64,000 nucleotides of DNA from Eledone cirrhosa. Lineage: Eukaryota. The notes under the pieces are model-generated. The model made no database searches. It saw nothing but the letters and a program-made list of their open reading frames with translations, and had not been told where the DNA came from. Where the stretch lies: the NCBI GenBank assembly GCA_964016885.1, contig OZ024745.1:19592001-19656000 (forward strand), in the 5' to 3' direction. Positions 15,604 through 29,304 of this stretch are shown piece by piece. Numbering within the stretch: position 1 is the stretch's first letter; the number at the start of each line of letters is the position of its first letter. The translations under genes and the position numbers were made by a program.

Positions 15604-16774
15604 TATTTGACAAACACAGAGATTCAAAACCAATTAGTGATATTAGGTTCACACTTTGGAGGAGAGAAAAGAAGTTCAACGTATCGGACGTTAGTCCTTC
15701 GTCGGGAGAGTACAATAGTAGATAGATTAGAAAATAAAAAAAAAAAAAATTGTGCCGTGTGTTGGAGCGGAGTTTAATTTTGTGTGTGTCACCTTATATA
15801 TTTGTCTACAATATGTAATGGACGTTTGTGATTAATATAAAATCATAGTAATGAACGGTTTTCTACGAATTCAATCTGTAACTAATAAAGTCGTATAACG
15901 GATTATTTCGATGCAAATATAACGAATTAAATGTCTCGAAAATTCTCTTCTGTCGTCTGCCCACAGAAATTGACCTTCATTTTAAAAAAAAAATGTAGTC
16001 TGTGTACATTTACTAATAGTTTATGTTACACGAACTCGTGCTTTCCATGGTTCCCATCAGTGTTCTATGTCATTATAGTTTATATTTTCACTTGAGGTCA
16101 AACCAGTTGAATTTTCTTCGATCTATTTATAAAGTCCATGGTATTGTAGTTTATTTATATATTTATTTATTTATTTTACAAAAGTAATCACCTAGCAGTC
16201 GTGTGGTAGAATAGGGGGCGAATTGGCAGAGTCGTGAGAATGTCGGAGAGAATGTTTTGAGGTATTTGTTCCAGCTCTCTGATCTCTGAGATCAAATCCT
16301 GTCCAGGTCAGCTGTGCCTTTCATCCATTCAAGGTCGATAAAAAAAAATGCCAGTCTAGTAATGGGGTCGATTCTTCCTTTATATCTCTCACTTCCTTTC
16401 CTTTCCTGAAATAAGTCAGCTGTACCCAAACATAGAGAGATATGCTCTGCCAGGTTTTAAAATGCGCTAGAAACGACATATATCAAAATGGCGTCACTGC
16501 GACTCTATCAGGAGTTACGGAACCAAGTATGCAGTAGTATGGATTGATATGCACAATTTTATTCAACGATGTTAAAAGGATGAGATCTAAAAATATCATG
16601 TATATTCAATAATATATGCAGACATAATAATACTCATCTTTCGTAGACTGTAAGACGTATCTTATTACTGTAAATAGATACAATTATTGCATGGTGATTC
16701 TGTGAAAGAAAGAGTTATTCGTAGAAACAATGTTTCTTCGTAGATTTCCTTCACAAGGCTTTGGTCAGCCTGAG

Positions 16775-16845
<71 letters not shown>

Positions 16846-17160
16846 GGGTTTTTCCATTGTCTTTGTCCTGTGCGCTCCCTATTTTGAATATATATATATA
16901 TATTAATATATATATAGTAGAGAATCAGGGCCCGACGGCTAAGCTCTTGCCGTTTCGACAGCAAATTCCAGACAATCTACTAACCCAAGTATCGAGTACT
17001 CTGGTAAATTATGATCTTACTAGTTTAAACTCGTATAATTCTGGTCTATATGTATATATGCAGGATATCTATACATAAAGAGCCAAGGAAAACAATGCTC
17101 AATCTATTGCAGGAGAGCTTATTTAGTGTAATTAAAATTTCATACACTTAACTGTTTGTT

Positions 17161-17210
<50 letters not shown>

Positions 17211-17429
17211 TAAGTTAAAAATGTACATCTACATATGCATACTGAAATACTAGTATGCATATGAATACACACACGTATACATATGTAGATGTAACAAGTC
17301 TTTCACTGGTTACTTTACTGTGAGTAACCCAGCTATTCTGTATGTAAACACACAGACAAACCGGTTTTTAGAGTCATACTGGTTTTCGAGGAAACACCTT
17401 TCCTTTATTCTCCAGAAAGCCAGACAAGG

Positions 17430-17474
17430 AATATTGAACTAGTTTCGTTGTTGTTACAACTCATCAGCAATATT
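17430..17474 (-). ncRNA. Type I hammerhead ribozyme (mirror copy)
   Basis: Reverse complement of 17878-17922. Confidence 0.88.
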
Positions 17475-17877
17475 TACCTATCTACCGGCCTTTCTGGAGA
17501 ATCGTAAAAGCACATATCGTTATATGCTTTTTCTATGAAAATTAGTAGTGGGCAGACTAATTTGCATAGAGTGTGAGTACGCACCGGTTCAGCGGAGACG
17601 ATAAAAACAAATAACGAAACGAAATTAAATCTCGTTTCGTTTGTAACTCACTTTTGTATGACTGACGCTTAAACAATTAAGTTAAGTCAGTCATAGAAAA
17701 GTGAGTTACAAACGAAACGAGATTTAATTTCGTTTCGTTATTTGTTTTTATCGTCTCCGCTGAACCGGTGCGTACTCACACTCTATGCAAATTAGTCTGC
17801 CCACTACTAATTTTCATAGAAAAAGCATATAACGATATGTGCTTTTACGATTCTCCAGAAAGGCCGGTAGATAGGTA

Positions 17878-17922
17878 AATATTGCTGATGAGTTGTAACA
17901 ACAACGAAACTAGTTCAATATT
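17878..17922 (+). ncRNA. Type I hammerhead ribozyme with intact core
   Basis: aatattg-CTGATGA-gttgt(aaca)acaac-GAAA-ctag-TT^caatatt; 7-bp stem I, 5-bp stem II, palindromic stem III; predicted cleavage after 17915. Confidence 0.9.
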
Positions 17923-18350
17923 CCTTGTCTGGCTTTCTGGAGAATAAAGGAAAGGTGTTTCCTCGAAAACCAGTATGACTCTAAAAACCGGTTTGTCTGT
18001 GTGTTTACATACAGAATAGCTGGGTTACTCACAGTAAAGTAACCAGTGAAAGACTTGTTACATCTACATATGTATACGTGTGTGTATTCATATGCATACT
18101 AGTATTTCAGTATGCATATGTAGATGTACATTTTTAACTTAATTGTTTAAGCGTCAGTCATACAAAAGTGAGTTACAAACGAAACGAGATTTAATTTCGT
18201 TTCGTTATTTGTTTTTATATATATATATATATATATAACGTTGAAAGAGATAGAAGGCTAAACAATGCAAAATGGAAGAAAACTAAGTTACCTGGTAATC
18301 TTTGTTTTGCTTTTTGTTGTTGTTCTTTTTTCTGTCCAATATTTCCGGAC

Positions 18351-18407
<57 letters not shown>

Positions 18408-18651
18408 GATGTCAACTTCTTTTTCCATTTTTTAAGTGTCTTCACACTATTTCATAAGTTATTTTTATAGCATAACTGCGCTTGAGCACATCATCCTTTG
18501 TTGAAGACGTGGTTTTGTTCTTAATTCGCTTAAGACACATTTCTAACTGAAACATCTCCATTTTCTTCCCCTGAACTATTTTATATCTTTGGTTAGCTTT
18601 ATTTTTTTTACAAATTATTTATTTTAGATATGTTGATGTAAGAATATACTA

Positions 18652-18980
18652 GGGTCGGCTGAAAGGTTTATAGGTTTACTATAAAGGAGTGATGCTAGAG
18701 CTGTGAAATCTGGCATGCATTAATCTCAACTTTTCTTATTAAATAACTACATTGTTTCTTTCCAAGGATTATGTTGAAAAATAAACTTCATTTGGTTATT
18801 CCATAAGAGTATCTTGGTCAGCTTATAAACTTTTCGTCCTATGAAAGAGTGATGCTAGAGCTGTGAAATCTGGGATGCATTAATTTCAATTTTTATTAAT
18901 AATTGCTTTTTTTCTTTCCAATATAAACCTCATTTGGTCATTCCATGAGAGTATCTTATGAACATTTCAGCCGACTACCA
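18652..18980. mobile_element. Mariner-derived MITE (related pieces ~20025-20205, 42800-42980, 44445-44595)
   Basis: gggtcggctgaaa... / ...tttcagccgact inverted termini; recurring internal sequence. Confidence 0.65.
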
Positions 18981-20739
18981 GTAAGAGATGCTGGCTATCG
19001 CAACTAAATATTTAATGGAGGCGGTGAATTACTTGAATGTAAATAAACAGTAAAACAATGTCAACAAACAAGATAGAAATAACAACAAGCTGCCATATTT
19101 AATGTGTGAATATAAACGTACTAAGTGGCTTTTGACCTAGAATCAATTTAACCATACCTGAGTACAGACGTTGACATAGTATTGTTTGTACAGGTAAGGA
19201 AAGGTGAGCTTAGCAGTAGTGTTGTGGAAAGGTGAAAGACGTAGGTACGGCGGGTATGTTACTTTGGTGGGGCGGGGCATTCACCATCTTACATTAATAA
19301 ATCTTCTTCTTCTTCTTCCACTTATTCCTGGGATGCTCATGGGGGGGGGGCAGAATTCTCAAACACTCCTTCCAGGGGGGGGGGGGTCCTGTCAGAAGCA
19401 ACCATCTCCAATTGATCCGGCTGGATCCCCAAACGGGACCAGCCGAACTCATGGATGTTATCCAACCAATCTTGCTCGGGGTCTACCCCTGGGTCCCCTG
19501 CTGGTTGGTTTTGCCCATAAAATCTAATCAGCGATTCTTTCCCCAGACATTCTTACCACATGTTCGTAATACTCTTTCTCCACCCCAAGTCATTATCACC
19601 TCCTATAAGTGTGTGGTCTATCTCTTTATATATGTGTGTGCGCGCGCGGGTGCGTGTGGGAATGTATGTTTATATATATATATATGAGGTGGGGTATGTG
19701 CATCTATGTTTGTGTGTGTGTGTGTGGGGGGGGCATGTATGTTTATATGTGTGTGTGTTTATGTTTATATCTGTGTGTGTGCCAGTGTGTGTAACAGTCG
19801 GCTTCACAAAGTAAGCTTCCAAGTGGAGTTAATGGTTGGTGAAAGATTTGAGATGAAATCTTTATGATTTAAAGATTGTTTGAAGTCTGACATAAGAGAG
19901 ATAGGGATGATAGTGAAGAAGTGAGAAAGGTTGACAGCAGATCACGTGATGATGGAGTCACGTGATTATGGAACCACGTGATGATGGAGAACACTATGGA
20001 GGATGAAAGTACGGGGGGGGGGCGAACGAAAAGTTCATAGGCTGAACAAGATACTCTCATGGAATGACCAAATAATGTTTATGTTTCAACATAGTCCCTG
20101 GAAAGAAAAAATGTAGCTATTAATGAGAGTTAAAATGAATGCATGCAAGATTCCATATCTATAGCATCACTCCTTCATAGTCAGCCTATGAACTTTTCAG
20201 CCCCCCTCGTACAACAATTTTCTTCAGACATGCTTTCCAGCATAGTTACGTCCCTTTACGATCTGAGTTCAAATCCCGCCGAGGTTAACTTTGCCTTTCA
20301 TCCTTACGAGGTCGATAAAATAAAGTACCTGTAATGTACTGATGTACTGGGTAATTGCTGGCCTTGTGTCAAAAGTAGAAACAATTATTTTATTTAATTC
20401 GAGCGGTGGATTGGCAGTATCGATAGAGAGTCGGACACAATGCTTTGAAGCATAGAGTTACGGCCCTTTATGGTCTGAGTTCAAATCCCGCCGAGGTTAA
20501 CTTTGCCTTTCATCCTTACGGGGTCGATAAAAAAAGTACCAGTAATGCACTGGGTATTTGTTGGCCTTGTGCCAAAATTAGAAACAATTATTTTCTTTAA
20601 TTCGAGGAAACTTTCTGAGATTCTCATAAAACATTCAAGTCCCCGCTCAGTGTTTCTAAACACAGGTCCGTTTGTTTATCTCTCGCTATGTGGGGGTAAG
20701 AAACTCACGTGAGACCTGGACAACAGAAGAACCCCCCCC

Positions 20740-21485
20740 CCCTCCACCCAGTGACTGGATCGTGTCTGCAAGTGTCGTTGGCTGCAGTTGTGATGGTGAG
20801 GCAGGGATCGATTGAAACGGGTGGCTGATGAAGAAGAAAGTTACTCCTTCCAGCGTTCGATGCAGATGGTTTCTATGGTGATGACATTGCCATTGGTATC
20901 CTTCACCAGGGCTGTCTTGATCCGGGGACCGGCACGAACTCTACAGAGTGTATTAAACATCTGACTGAAATCGTTCTTCCTTCAGCTGTCTCCGGGTGCT
21001 CGGCTTCTTCCACCCAAAACTTCTCCCGGTCATCCGAGATGGCCTCGTTGTGTATCTGGTTGAGCTGGTGATACTCATTTATGTCACCACGTAGGCGAAC
21101 TTTACGGTGACAGTTAATTATCTCCAGCGTCTGCAATGAAATCCAGTGCCATTTGGGAAGCGGTCTTGAGTTTACCAGGACGTCACACGCAGACTGGTTG
21201 AGGCTTGATTTAAAAATCTCCTAGTTGTCGGTCTCGACTGAAGCGAATGGAGATGGAGCACGCAAATGTAGAAGTGATGTTTGACTCACGGAGACAGGAT
21301 GAGTCAAAGCGGGGCTAGTATTTGATGGCAGAGTCTGCCTGCAACCACAGCTTCAGTGTCCCAGTCAGCAGCCGATGGTCGGTATTACCAAGTTGAGCTC
21401 CTCTTTAGACTCGGCAATTGGTGACATGATGGTGTGGTTGATTGCCTTCCTGGTGTAGTCGTCCGGACTGTGCCAAGACCGAATT
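20740..21485 (-). mobile_element. Degenerate LINE (RTE-like) endonuclease/linker remnant
   Basis: Fragments such as YRGAQLGNTDHRLL and HWISLQTLEII..DREKFWVEEAE; many disablements. Confidence 0.55.
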
Positions 21486-21753
21486 TCATGTTTGAAAAAT
21501 GAAACAATGTCGTATAAGAATTGTTGTCATTGATTGCCCGACAGATACCAATTGGGTCAAGGGAAATAATCAGGTAGAGATAAAAGCAGGAGTAATCTCC
21601 CTTAAAAGATTTTTTTCCCTACTTTTCCGTTCATTTTTTTAAAATCTTCAACAAATTAATTCATTAGCGATAGTAAGGGGGGGGGGGGGCACCTGTCTAC
21701 ATCATCTCTGTATCTATCTGTTTCATATATATATATAATTAGGTAGTAACATG

Positions 21754-21889
21754 TGCTTACGCCGTATTTGACTAAATAAAATTAGTCTGTTAGTTGGGAT
21801 TTTAAAAAAAAAACCTTAATGGGAAAGAGGGTTTTTTTTTTTAAATCCCAACAAACATTAATTTTATTTAGTCAAATACGCCGTAAGCA
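21754..21889. repeat. Imperfect ~60-bp inverted repeat (foldback/MITE-like)
   Basis: tgcttacgccgtatttgactaaataaaatta / taattttatttagtcaaatacgccgtaagca. Confidence 0.75.
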
Positions 21890-22281
21890 GTGGCGGACTG
21901 GTCAGGTTGCCAGGTTGCCCAATGGCAAGTGGGCCCCAGCGGGCCTACAGTAGCACTACAAGGAGCCCACTGTAATATTTTAGAGGCCAATGCTTTGCTT
22001 ACAAAAAATATCTTTTAAAAAAAGTCTTAGAGAAAGTATAACACATTTTAAGAAATAAATAAACAAATAAGCAAAGTATTTGATCAAACAATTCCCTCGG
22101 GAATTAATAGAAACCAAAATATATGATTGTGCTAACAGTTGGAATCATTGGTTGTCTACATTTATAGCTTACTGTATTCATTCATGCATGCATACATGGA
22201 CACACACACACACACACACAGACGCATATATATATATATGTGTGTGTGTGTGCGCAAGCGCGAGTGTATATGTGTGTGCAT

Positions 22282-22640
22282 ATCATGATGATCAGGTCGA
22301 GTTTGCTCGGCTTTCTACGACACATTTCCTCCATCCATCTCTGTCTCTCATAGCGTTTGCCAGTTCTTCCGCAGTGCATCCAGTATCGTCCTCAAGTTGC
22401 TTGACGTATGTCTTCTTGGGACGACCAGCGTTTCTTGCTCCATGAGATGGACTCCATAACAACACATCACCTGCTATTTCTTCCTTGCTGCTCCAACAGT
22501 GGCCAACAAATCTGAGTCTCTGTCCACGTATTGACCTGCTGATAGGTGGTATATTGCCATAGAGATCCTTATTTGTTGGGTGTTCCCTCCAAGACACGTT
22601 TAAAGCAGCACGGAGCATACGTGTTGTTGCCTCGTCTAGG
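22282..22640 (-). mobile_element. LINE 3' end (RTE-related), RT C-terminus
   Basis: MLRAALNVSWREHPTNKDLYGNIPPIS..RLRFVGHCW..GRPKKTYVKQL..MRDRDGWR. Confidence 0.85.
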
Positions 22641-22644
22641 GGGT

Positions 22645-23916
22645 GTATTTTGTTAGAGATGCCTACTGACTGTAGTAGGTTTTACTTTGTATTTAGGTAA
22701 GGCGGGTCTTCTCTATTACTGAGTACCGCCAAAGGTCTCGGTCCAGTGACATTGTCTTGGTGAGGTGTAAGTGTGTGAGGTCGGAGTTTATCAGTTTTTC
22801 TGGGTCTGCTTCTTCCGTGGCTACCGTCTATCTTTATTGCCCTGCACTTTGTTATACAGCTATCGTCCTTCATGCGCATCACGTGACCATACCAACGTAG
22901 CCTTCTCTCTAGTAAACAACATCTGATCCCTCTTATTTCTAATTTTTTTTCCTTAGTTCGTTTATGCTTTGTCGTTCACGTATATTACTATTACACATCC
23001 AGCGGAGCATGCAAGCTTCGTTTCTCTCTAGTCTGCGTATATCCTCTGCACACAATGCCCAGGTCTCACTGCCATGCAACATTGCTGTTCGTATGCAGGC
23101 ATCGTACAACCTGCCTTTCATTTTTAGGGAGAACCCTTTAGCGGCTAATAGTGGTATAAGCTCTCTGAACTTTTTCCACCCAGTTCTGACTCTAGCTACT
23201 GTACTTTCAGAGCACCCTCCCCCACTGCTGATTTTGTCACCCAGGTAACGGAAGCTGTCCACTATTTCTATAGAACCCTCTGCGCAGTTGAAAGAGCTAT
23301 TATTTTTTGGGCACTTGCTGCTACTTATTGCCCCAGAACACCGGCCACATGTAAAATCTATGTTCTTAGTTAGCTTACCTGTGATCCCACTACATCTTTT
23401 ATGAACCCAAACTTTGCATTTGGGACACAAAATGGAATTTCTACCTACGCCTTTCCTACACTCTGCGCATGACCACTTCCCGGAGGGGACCGCCGCCTTA
23501 TTTTCTTTCTTACAAACTAGAACTTTAGTCTTAGCCAGGTTAATTTTAAGGCCTTTTGATTCTAGCCCGTGCTTCCATGTTTGGAATTTCTTCTCTAGCT
23601 CGGCCATTGATTCAGCTATGAGCGTTAGATCATCTGCGTATAGGAGTTCCCATGGGAAGCCGGTCTTGAACTCCACTGTTATAGCCTGTAGGGCAATAAT
23701 AAATAGTAGGGGGCTAAGAACAGAGCCTTGATGAACACCAACTTTTACACTAAACTCTTCACTATATTCGTTGTTAATTCTAACCTTGCTGACTGTTTCT
23801 TTATACATGGCTTGTATAGCTCTCACAAGCCATTCATCAACACCTAGTTTTCTAAGAGTCCACCAGATAATGGAACGGGGGACTCTGTCGAAGGCTTTCT
23901 CCAAGTCGACGAAAGC
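22645..23916 (-). mobile_element. 5'-truncated RTE-clade LINE, RT domain with Cys-rich (PHD-like) insert
   Basis: FVDLEKAFDRVPR, GVHQGSVLSPLLF, LLYADDL, FRYLG; frameshift near 22940; related remnant 37330-37625 (+). Confidence 0.93.
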
Positions 23917-25879
23917 TATATATATATATATATATACTTACACATACACACACTCCCTCCCAGATATATATATTGAGTGAGTGTGAAAGACCAAACAAAG
24001 TTCATTATTGAAAGTCTCTGGATGTGTATATTTCGCAAGGTACTTTATATTTTTTATTGGAGAAGGTAACAACGATCCCTTGCACATTCTACTCTCAATA
24101 ACAATTATACTCTAAATAACAATTATTTAAAAATTCAATTATAACATTCTGTATTAACATTTAGTATTACTGTATACTGCCAGTAATATATACAGTATAT
24201 ATACACTATAATTAGTAAAAAAAGAAATACACATTTTTTTCCGCAAAAATTTGATTGCACTGTTTTGTTTTCAGTTATGTATTTTTTGAAAATGTTATTT
24301 ATTCATTATAAAAATTAAATCATAGCATTCTATATCTCTTGGCAACCAATCTTCTTAGACCCAGCGGGATTCTTGACCTCGGCGGGATTTGAACTCAGAC
24401 CATAAAGGGCCGTAACTCTTTGCTGCAAAGCATGGCGTCAGACCCTCTACCGATACTGACATGATATAGAATAGGAGACAACTGACGAAGAACATGTTAG
24501 TAAAGCTGCTTAAAGTACTTAGAATTAAACAATGAACTTAAAATTGTCAGTTCAAAGGTTTGCCCTGTGAGTTTAAAGCACACATTTTCAACAATAAGAT
24601 ATTAACAACCTACTTAACAGTAAAGAGGCACAAAAAGATTTTTGAATTTATGACACCTGTAAAGAAGAATTGAGCATCATAAATAATAATTGTTTTTACT
24701 TTTGGCACAAGGCCACCAATTATCCCAGTGTATTACTGGTACTTTATTTTATCGACCCCGTAAGGATGAAAGGCAAAGTTAACCTCGGCGGAATTTGAAC
24801 TTAGAATGGCAAGGGCCGTAACTTTATACGTCAAAGCATGGCGTCCGGCCCTCTACCGATACTGCCAATCCACCGCCATATTGTCATATATAAATAATAA
24901 AGGATCATGAGGAGTGGAAAGATACTGTGCTGAAAAGACAGTTGTAAAGTGGCTGACGTTAGGAAGGGCATCCAGTTGTAGAAACTAGGCCAAATGAAAG
25001 TGTACATGGAGGATGAGGTCACCTAAACAGTGGACTCAGCACATGGCAACCATACAAGCATGGAAAATAGACGTGACAATGTATGTATTTAAGGCCTCCA
25101 TCAGTCATTAATGAGCATGGGATTAGCACCTAGAAAGTTTCCCTCCAAGGCTCAAGTCTGACCAGCCTCTCCTCTCCACGCCACCTATGTTGTCCAAGGG
25201 AAAGGCAATGGTTGATACAGCTTGGCACCAGTGACATCACAACTCATTTCTACAGTTGAATGAACTGGAAACGTGAAATAATGTGTCTTACTCAAGGACA
25301 CAACACATCATCTAGTCCGAGGATCGAACTCACAACCTCGTTATTGCAAGCCCAATGCACTAAGTCATGCGCCTTCATGTATATATAGATGTTAAATGGT
25401 GATGATGTATATATATAGAATAAGAAAATGCGAAGTAGTTTCAGATGTTAAAGTCCTTTATTGATAAGGCTGATACATTTTTCAATGACGACAGTGGCCA
25501 CGCGATTCACCTAACCAGTGCCATGATCTCATTAGACAGCTTCTTACATAATAAGGGTATGTTCTCGAGGCAATTCAAATTAAAACGACATGGGAACGGA
25601 CAAAGATAATGTTCTTGAAAAGCCACATAGAAAGCAGTCAACAATAACCAAGTCACAAACAACAGGAACAGTTAACTTCATGGAAGATTTTGGTAAATTT
25701 ATTGATGTAGAAGCAGAAAAAAAGTCATCCGTAGACAGAATACAAGGTATGTCAGAAAAGCACCAAGACCTAATATGCTGTGTGAGTTGAGTGGGGGTGG
25801 GAATTAGTGGATTATATCACCATGTGATGTAATATCTGGGGAGTATATAACTGCGATCTCAGCTATCTGCAGACAATGT

Positions 25880-26550
25880 ATGTTTTTTCACGTGCTTTTG
25901 TCCCTCAATTTTAGGCCATTGAGTGATGGGTACAGAGCAATGAATCAACCTGTTTCTGGTTGAACTAGGGAAAACTCCATCAGAAGCACTCAGAATACTG
26001 TAGCAAGTGTTTTTGAGTGGCACAAAAAGTTCAAAGAGGGCTGCAAAATCGTGGAAGAAGACCTCAGGTGCAGAAGGTTTTCCACGAGCAGAACTGAGGT
26101 GATTGTTGAGCGCGTGAGGCAGGTGGTGCATGGCGATCATCGGCTGACTATTTGACTGACCACAAGTGAGCTGGGCTTGAACCACAACAGCATTTGGAAG
26201 GTTATTACAGAAGATTTAGTCAAGAAAAAGATCTGAATAATGACCAGGAGTGGCTTCTGTAGGTGTCAGAACATCCTTGAAACTAAACCTGACTTGCTGG
26301 GGACAGTCGTCACCAGTGATGAGTCATAGGGACCCATTTTCTGGACATGGAAGCCATAATGAGGGCAGTGTAACAGACCTGCAGAGAATCCCAGAAAAAT
26401 CCTTCCAGGAGTACATGAAGGCATCACAGAGAAGGATGGGAAAGCACATTAGACTTGAGAGGGATTATTTTAAAAGGGAAAACTTGTAGTTTGTAGTTAA
26501 AATATTTTTTTTGTGACCGCAATCCAGTTTCTTTTCTAACACATCTTGTT
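25880..26550 (+). mobile_element. Degenerate mariner remnant, same family as 9512-10345
   Basis: Shared gggaaaactccatcagaagcact, gtgttttgagtgg, gagaatcccaga..tccttccagga and ggggattattttaaa segments. Confidence 0.75.
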
Positions 26551-26630
26551 TATTCTAAAATTGTTTTCTTCAGTTAAAAGGACAGAGATAACAGTATGAA
26601 ATGTGGACACATTTATCAATATAGCCATAT

Positions 26631-26693
26631 CTAGCTGAAATATCCTTCAAGGTACTCAATCCACTCATTAATAGAAGCATTTTCATTTGCAGG
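26631..26693 (-). CDS. Terminal exon (9th identified) of coiled-coil/RWD-like gene: PANENASINEWIEYLEGYFS*
   Basis: ttttttgtttcag acceptor, phase 0, TAG stop, AATAAA on minus at ~26549-26554. Confidence 0.8.
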   Translation of the reverse strand, partial: PANENASINEWIEYLEGYFS

Positions 26694-27714
26694 CTGAAAC
26701 AAAAAATAGAAAGGAATAATTTCTTACAGTGTTCATGATGGGGTTGTAAAGCAAGAAGTAATCAATGTTAATTGTGTAGCTTCCTTGTAGCTGTTGTTTA
26801 ACCTATTCAATACGAGAAGACTGCACTGGTATGGACATGTGACTTTGCCACCAACTACATGATATTCTTCTCTTCTTGCTCTTACTCAATGAGGTTGGGG
26901 GTCGTCCTCAGCCGGAGATCCCAGAAGCATAGAGCCGACATGTCAGTTTCATGGCGTGAACTGACTGAAGTACAAGACTCCCCCCTGGACAGGACGCCAG
27001 TCCATCACAGGGCCAAACCTCCAGCTATTCCTGATACTCATTTTCAGCTGAATACATGGCATAGACCGCTAAATATTATCCCACTGTAGAAAAAAAAAAT
27101 GCAGAGTAGCCTTGGTTAAAAAAACTTCCACAGATGCATTCAATGTATCCATGGGATCATTCAATAGCGCAAACGTACGCAGTATATTTTGGGCACACTA
27201 AGAATCAAATTCTTTAACTTCGATACAGGTCCATATCACGACAATGGTTTAACCCTATCGAGCTATAAAAGAGACCAGAACTTCAATGCTTTTAGGGAAA
27301 AATTTAATAGCCACATCCTAGGATTTCAAATTACAGTAGTAACAAAACTCACCAACATCAATTTACTCAATGTCAACTTAGATCTACACAAACTCTCTCT
27401 CACACACACCCCCAAACCTTTTCCACAAATCAAATGAGAAACAAATTGCTACCCAATCCAGGAATGAAATTCGTAACTTTATGTTCATGAGCTTAACACC
27501 CTAACCATCAAGCTAGACACACACACCCTATAGTAGAAGATACTTGCTCAAGGTGTTGTGCAATAGGATCAAACCTAAACCCATGTGATTATGAACCAAA
27601 CTTCCTCACTACACACTCATTTATTCTTTTATGTGTCCCAATAGGCTAGCTGAGGCCATGCTGGGGCACCACCATCTATTTACACCTAAATATTTTTTTT
27701 TTTTTCAAACTTAC

Positions 27715-27874
27715 CATTATCTTGTTCTTTAATTTTACATTTCCACCTCTCACAGCAAGGAGTGTAATTCTGGGTTGGTCAACTAACGGTAGCTGCAGTG
27801 TGCATATGATGTTAGCATTCTTACCAACAACAACACGTACTTTGTTCTGATGTTGTATCCAGTCAACTGGGAGT
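27715..27874 (-). CDS. Exon 8: LPVDWIQHQNKVRVVVGKNANIICTLQLP...KNKIM
   Basis: ctatttag acceptor / gtaagt donor, 160 nt, phase 2 to 0. Confidence 0.85.
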
Positions 27875-28621
27875 CTAAATAGTAAATCACACGGCATATT
27901 AGTGAAAGTTAACAGGTACAATGGTTGCAAGAAATATGGGTTTGTCAGAACAACTAAATAGTATGGGCAGGGATCAGAAGGGGTGTTATAGAATGAGGAA
28001 TTTAAGTTAACAGGTACAATGGTTGTAAGAAATATGGGTTTGTCAGAACAACTAAATAGTATGAGCAGGGATCAGAAGGGGTGTTATAGAATGAGGAATT
28101 TAAGCTTTTGTGGGAGATCACCATTCAATGAGATAGAATGATTGATGCAAGCAAGCCAGACATTTTAGTCGTGAACAAGAAGAAAAAGGTGTTCTATGTG
28201 AGTGACCACAAGGACTTAACCCTTTTGATACTGATCTATCCAAGATGGAAGAGAAGAGGGGAGAAGACAACAGCAAAAGAACAGATAACTTATATGCAGG
28301 ATACAACCCAATATATCAAATCAACAAGATCCCAGACCTCGTTCACGAGTAAGGTGGATCTCGTCAAATCAGACCAAGGAAACAGTGTTTCCATTGGTCT
28401 TTCTATTGCTGATACTATCTATCTACTGGTCAAAACTCCTGGCAGAAAGAGCAACGTGAGATAAAGCGTTTTGTTCAAGGACATATCACATTGCCCAGCC
28501 TGGGAATTGAACTCACAATCTCATAATTGCGAATCTAATTTGCTAACCACTAGGTCACACATCCCCCACCGTATCAGATTAGAGGTAAGGTTATATAGGG
28601 GTGAAATTAATAGTAATTTAC

Positions 28622-28764
28622 CTGTTCTGAAGATCAGTGATCTGATCTTTCAAACTGGAGTAGTAGTGCCATCGATCCACAATGTTTTTCACACAAGATG
28701 GCAAACTCTGTAGTTTTAGGACATGTTCCACACAGTCACTTATGTAAAGATCACAATGTTGTAC
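28622..28764 (-). CDS. Exon 7: VQHCDLYISDCVEHVLKLQSLPSCVKNIVDRWHYYSSLKDQITDLQN
   Basis: ttttacaccag acceptor / gtaaat donor, 143 nt, phase 0 to 2. Confidence 0.82.
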
Positions 28765-29304
28765 CTGGTGTAAAATAAAATAACATTAGAGTGTAGAAAA
28801 GATGACATTATAATGTTGCCAGATATATCCATTGGATAATATCTGAGAAATGTGGGTGTCACAGCAACTAAATGGTATGAGCAGAGACCAGACGTGTTAG
28901 AGAACAAAAAATTTAAGCTTTTCTGTGACTTCTCCATTCAATGCAACAATATGATTGAAGCCAAACATTTTAGTTTTTACATCAAATTTTTCCCTGCTGG
29001 CATGGGTTAGACAAGACTTTTTGAGGCAATATTTAGAGCAAGATGTCCTTCCCAACACTTTTAGTCATTTCATGAGACACGCAGGGATATGGTGTACCTT
29101 TTGTAAACCAGATACACACCCAAAGTGTGCTTGTCTTAAACTCCTGTTATGGCCAGGAGAACAATGAGGGCTAAGCCCTGGTGGACCCTCACCTGCTCTT
29201 CTAATTCATCACAACTAGAATCCATAAAGCTACTGCAGCCATATCAAAAATAAAACCTATTACTCTATTGTGTTATGTATATTAAGAACAGCAAAGAAGC
29301 TTAC

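Larger units (their letters stand above)
17206..18218. mobile_element. Retrozyme-like element: two head-to-head, terminally redundant copies of a 467-nt hammerhead-containing unit, in (TA)n
   Basis: Arms 17206-17666 / 17686-18146 nearly perfect; period 467 on both sides (17207 vs 17674, 17686 vs 18153); no ORF. Confidence 0.88.

Noticed and set aside
20400-20500. tRNA genes
   Set aside because: A/B-box-like motifs belong to SINE heads; no cloverleaf
25480-25790. Possible plus-strand exon
   Set aside because: No consistent acceptor, frame and donor combination; no recognisable homology
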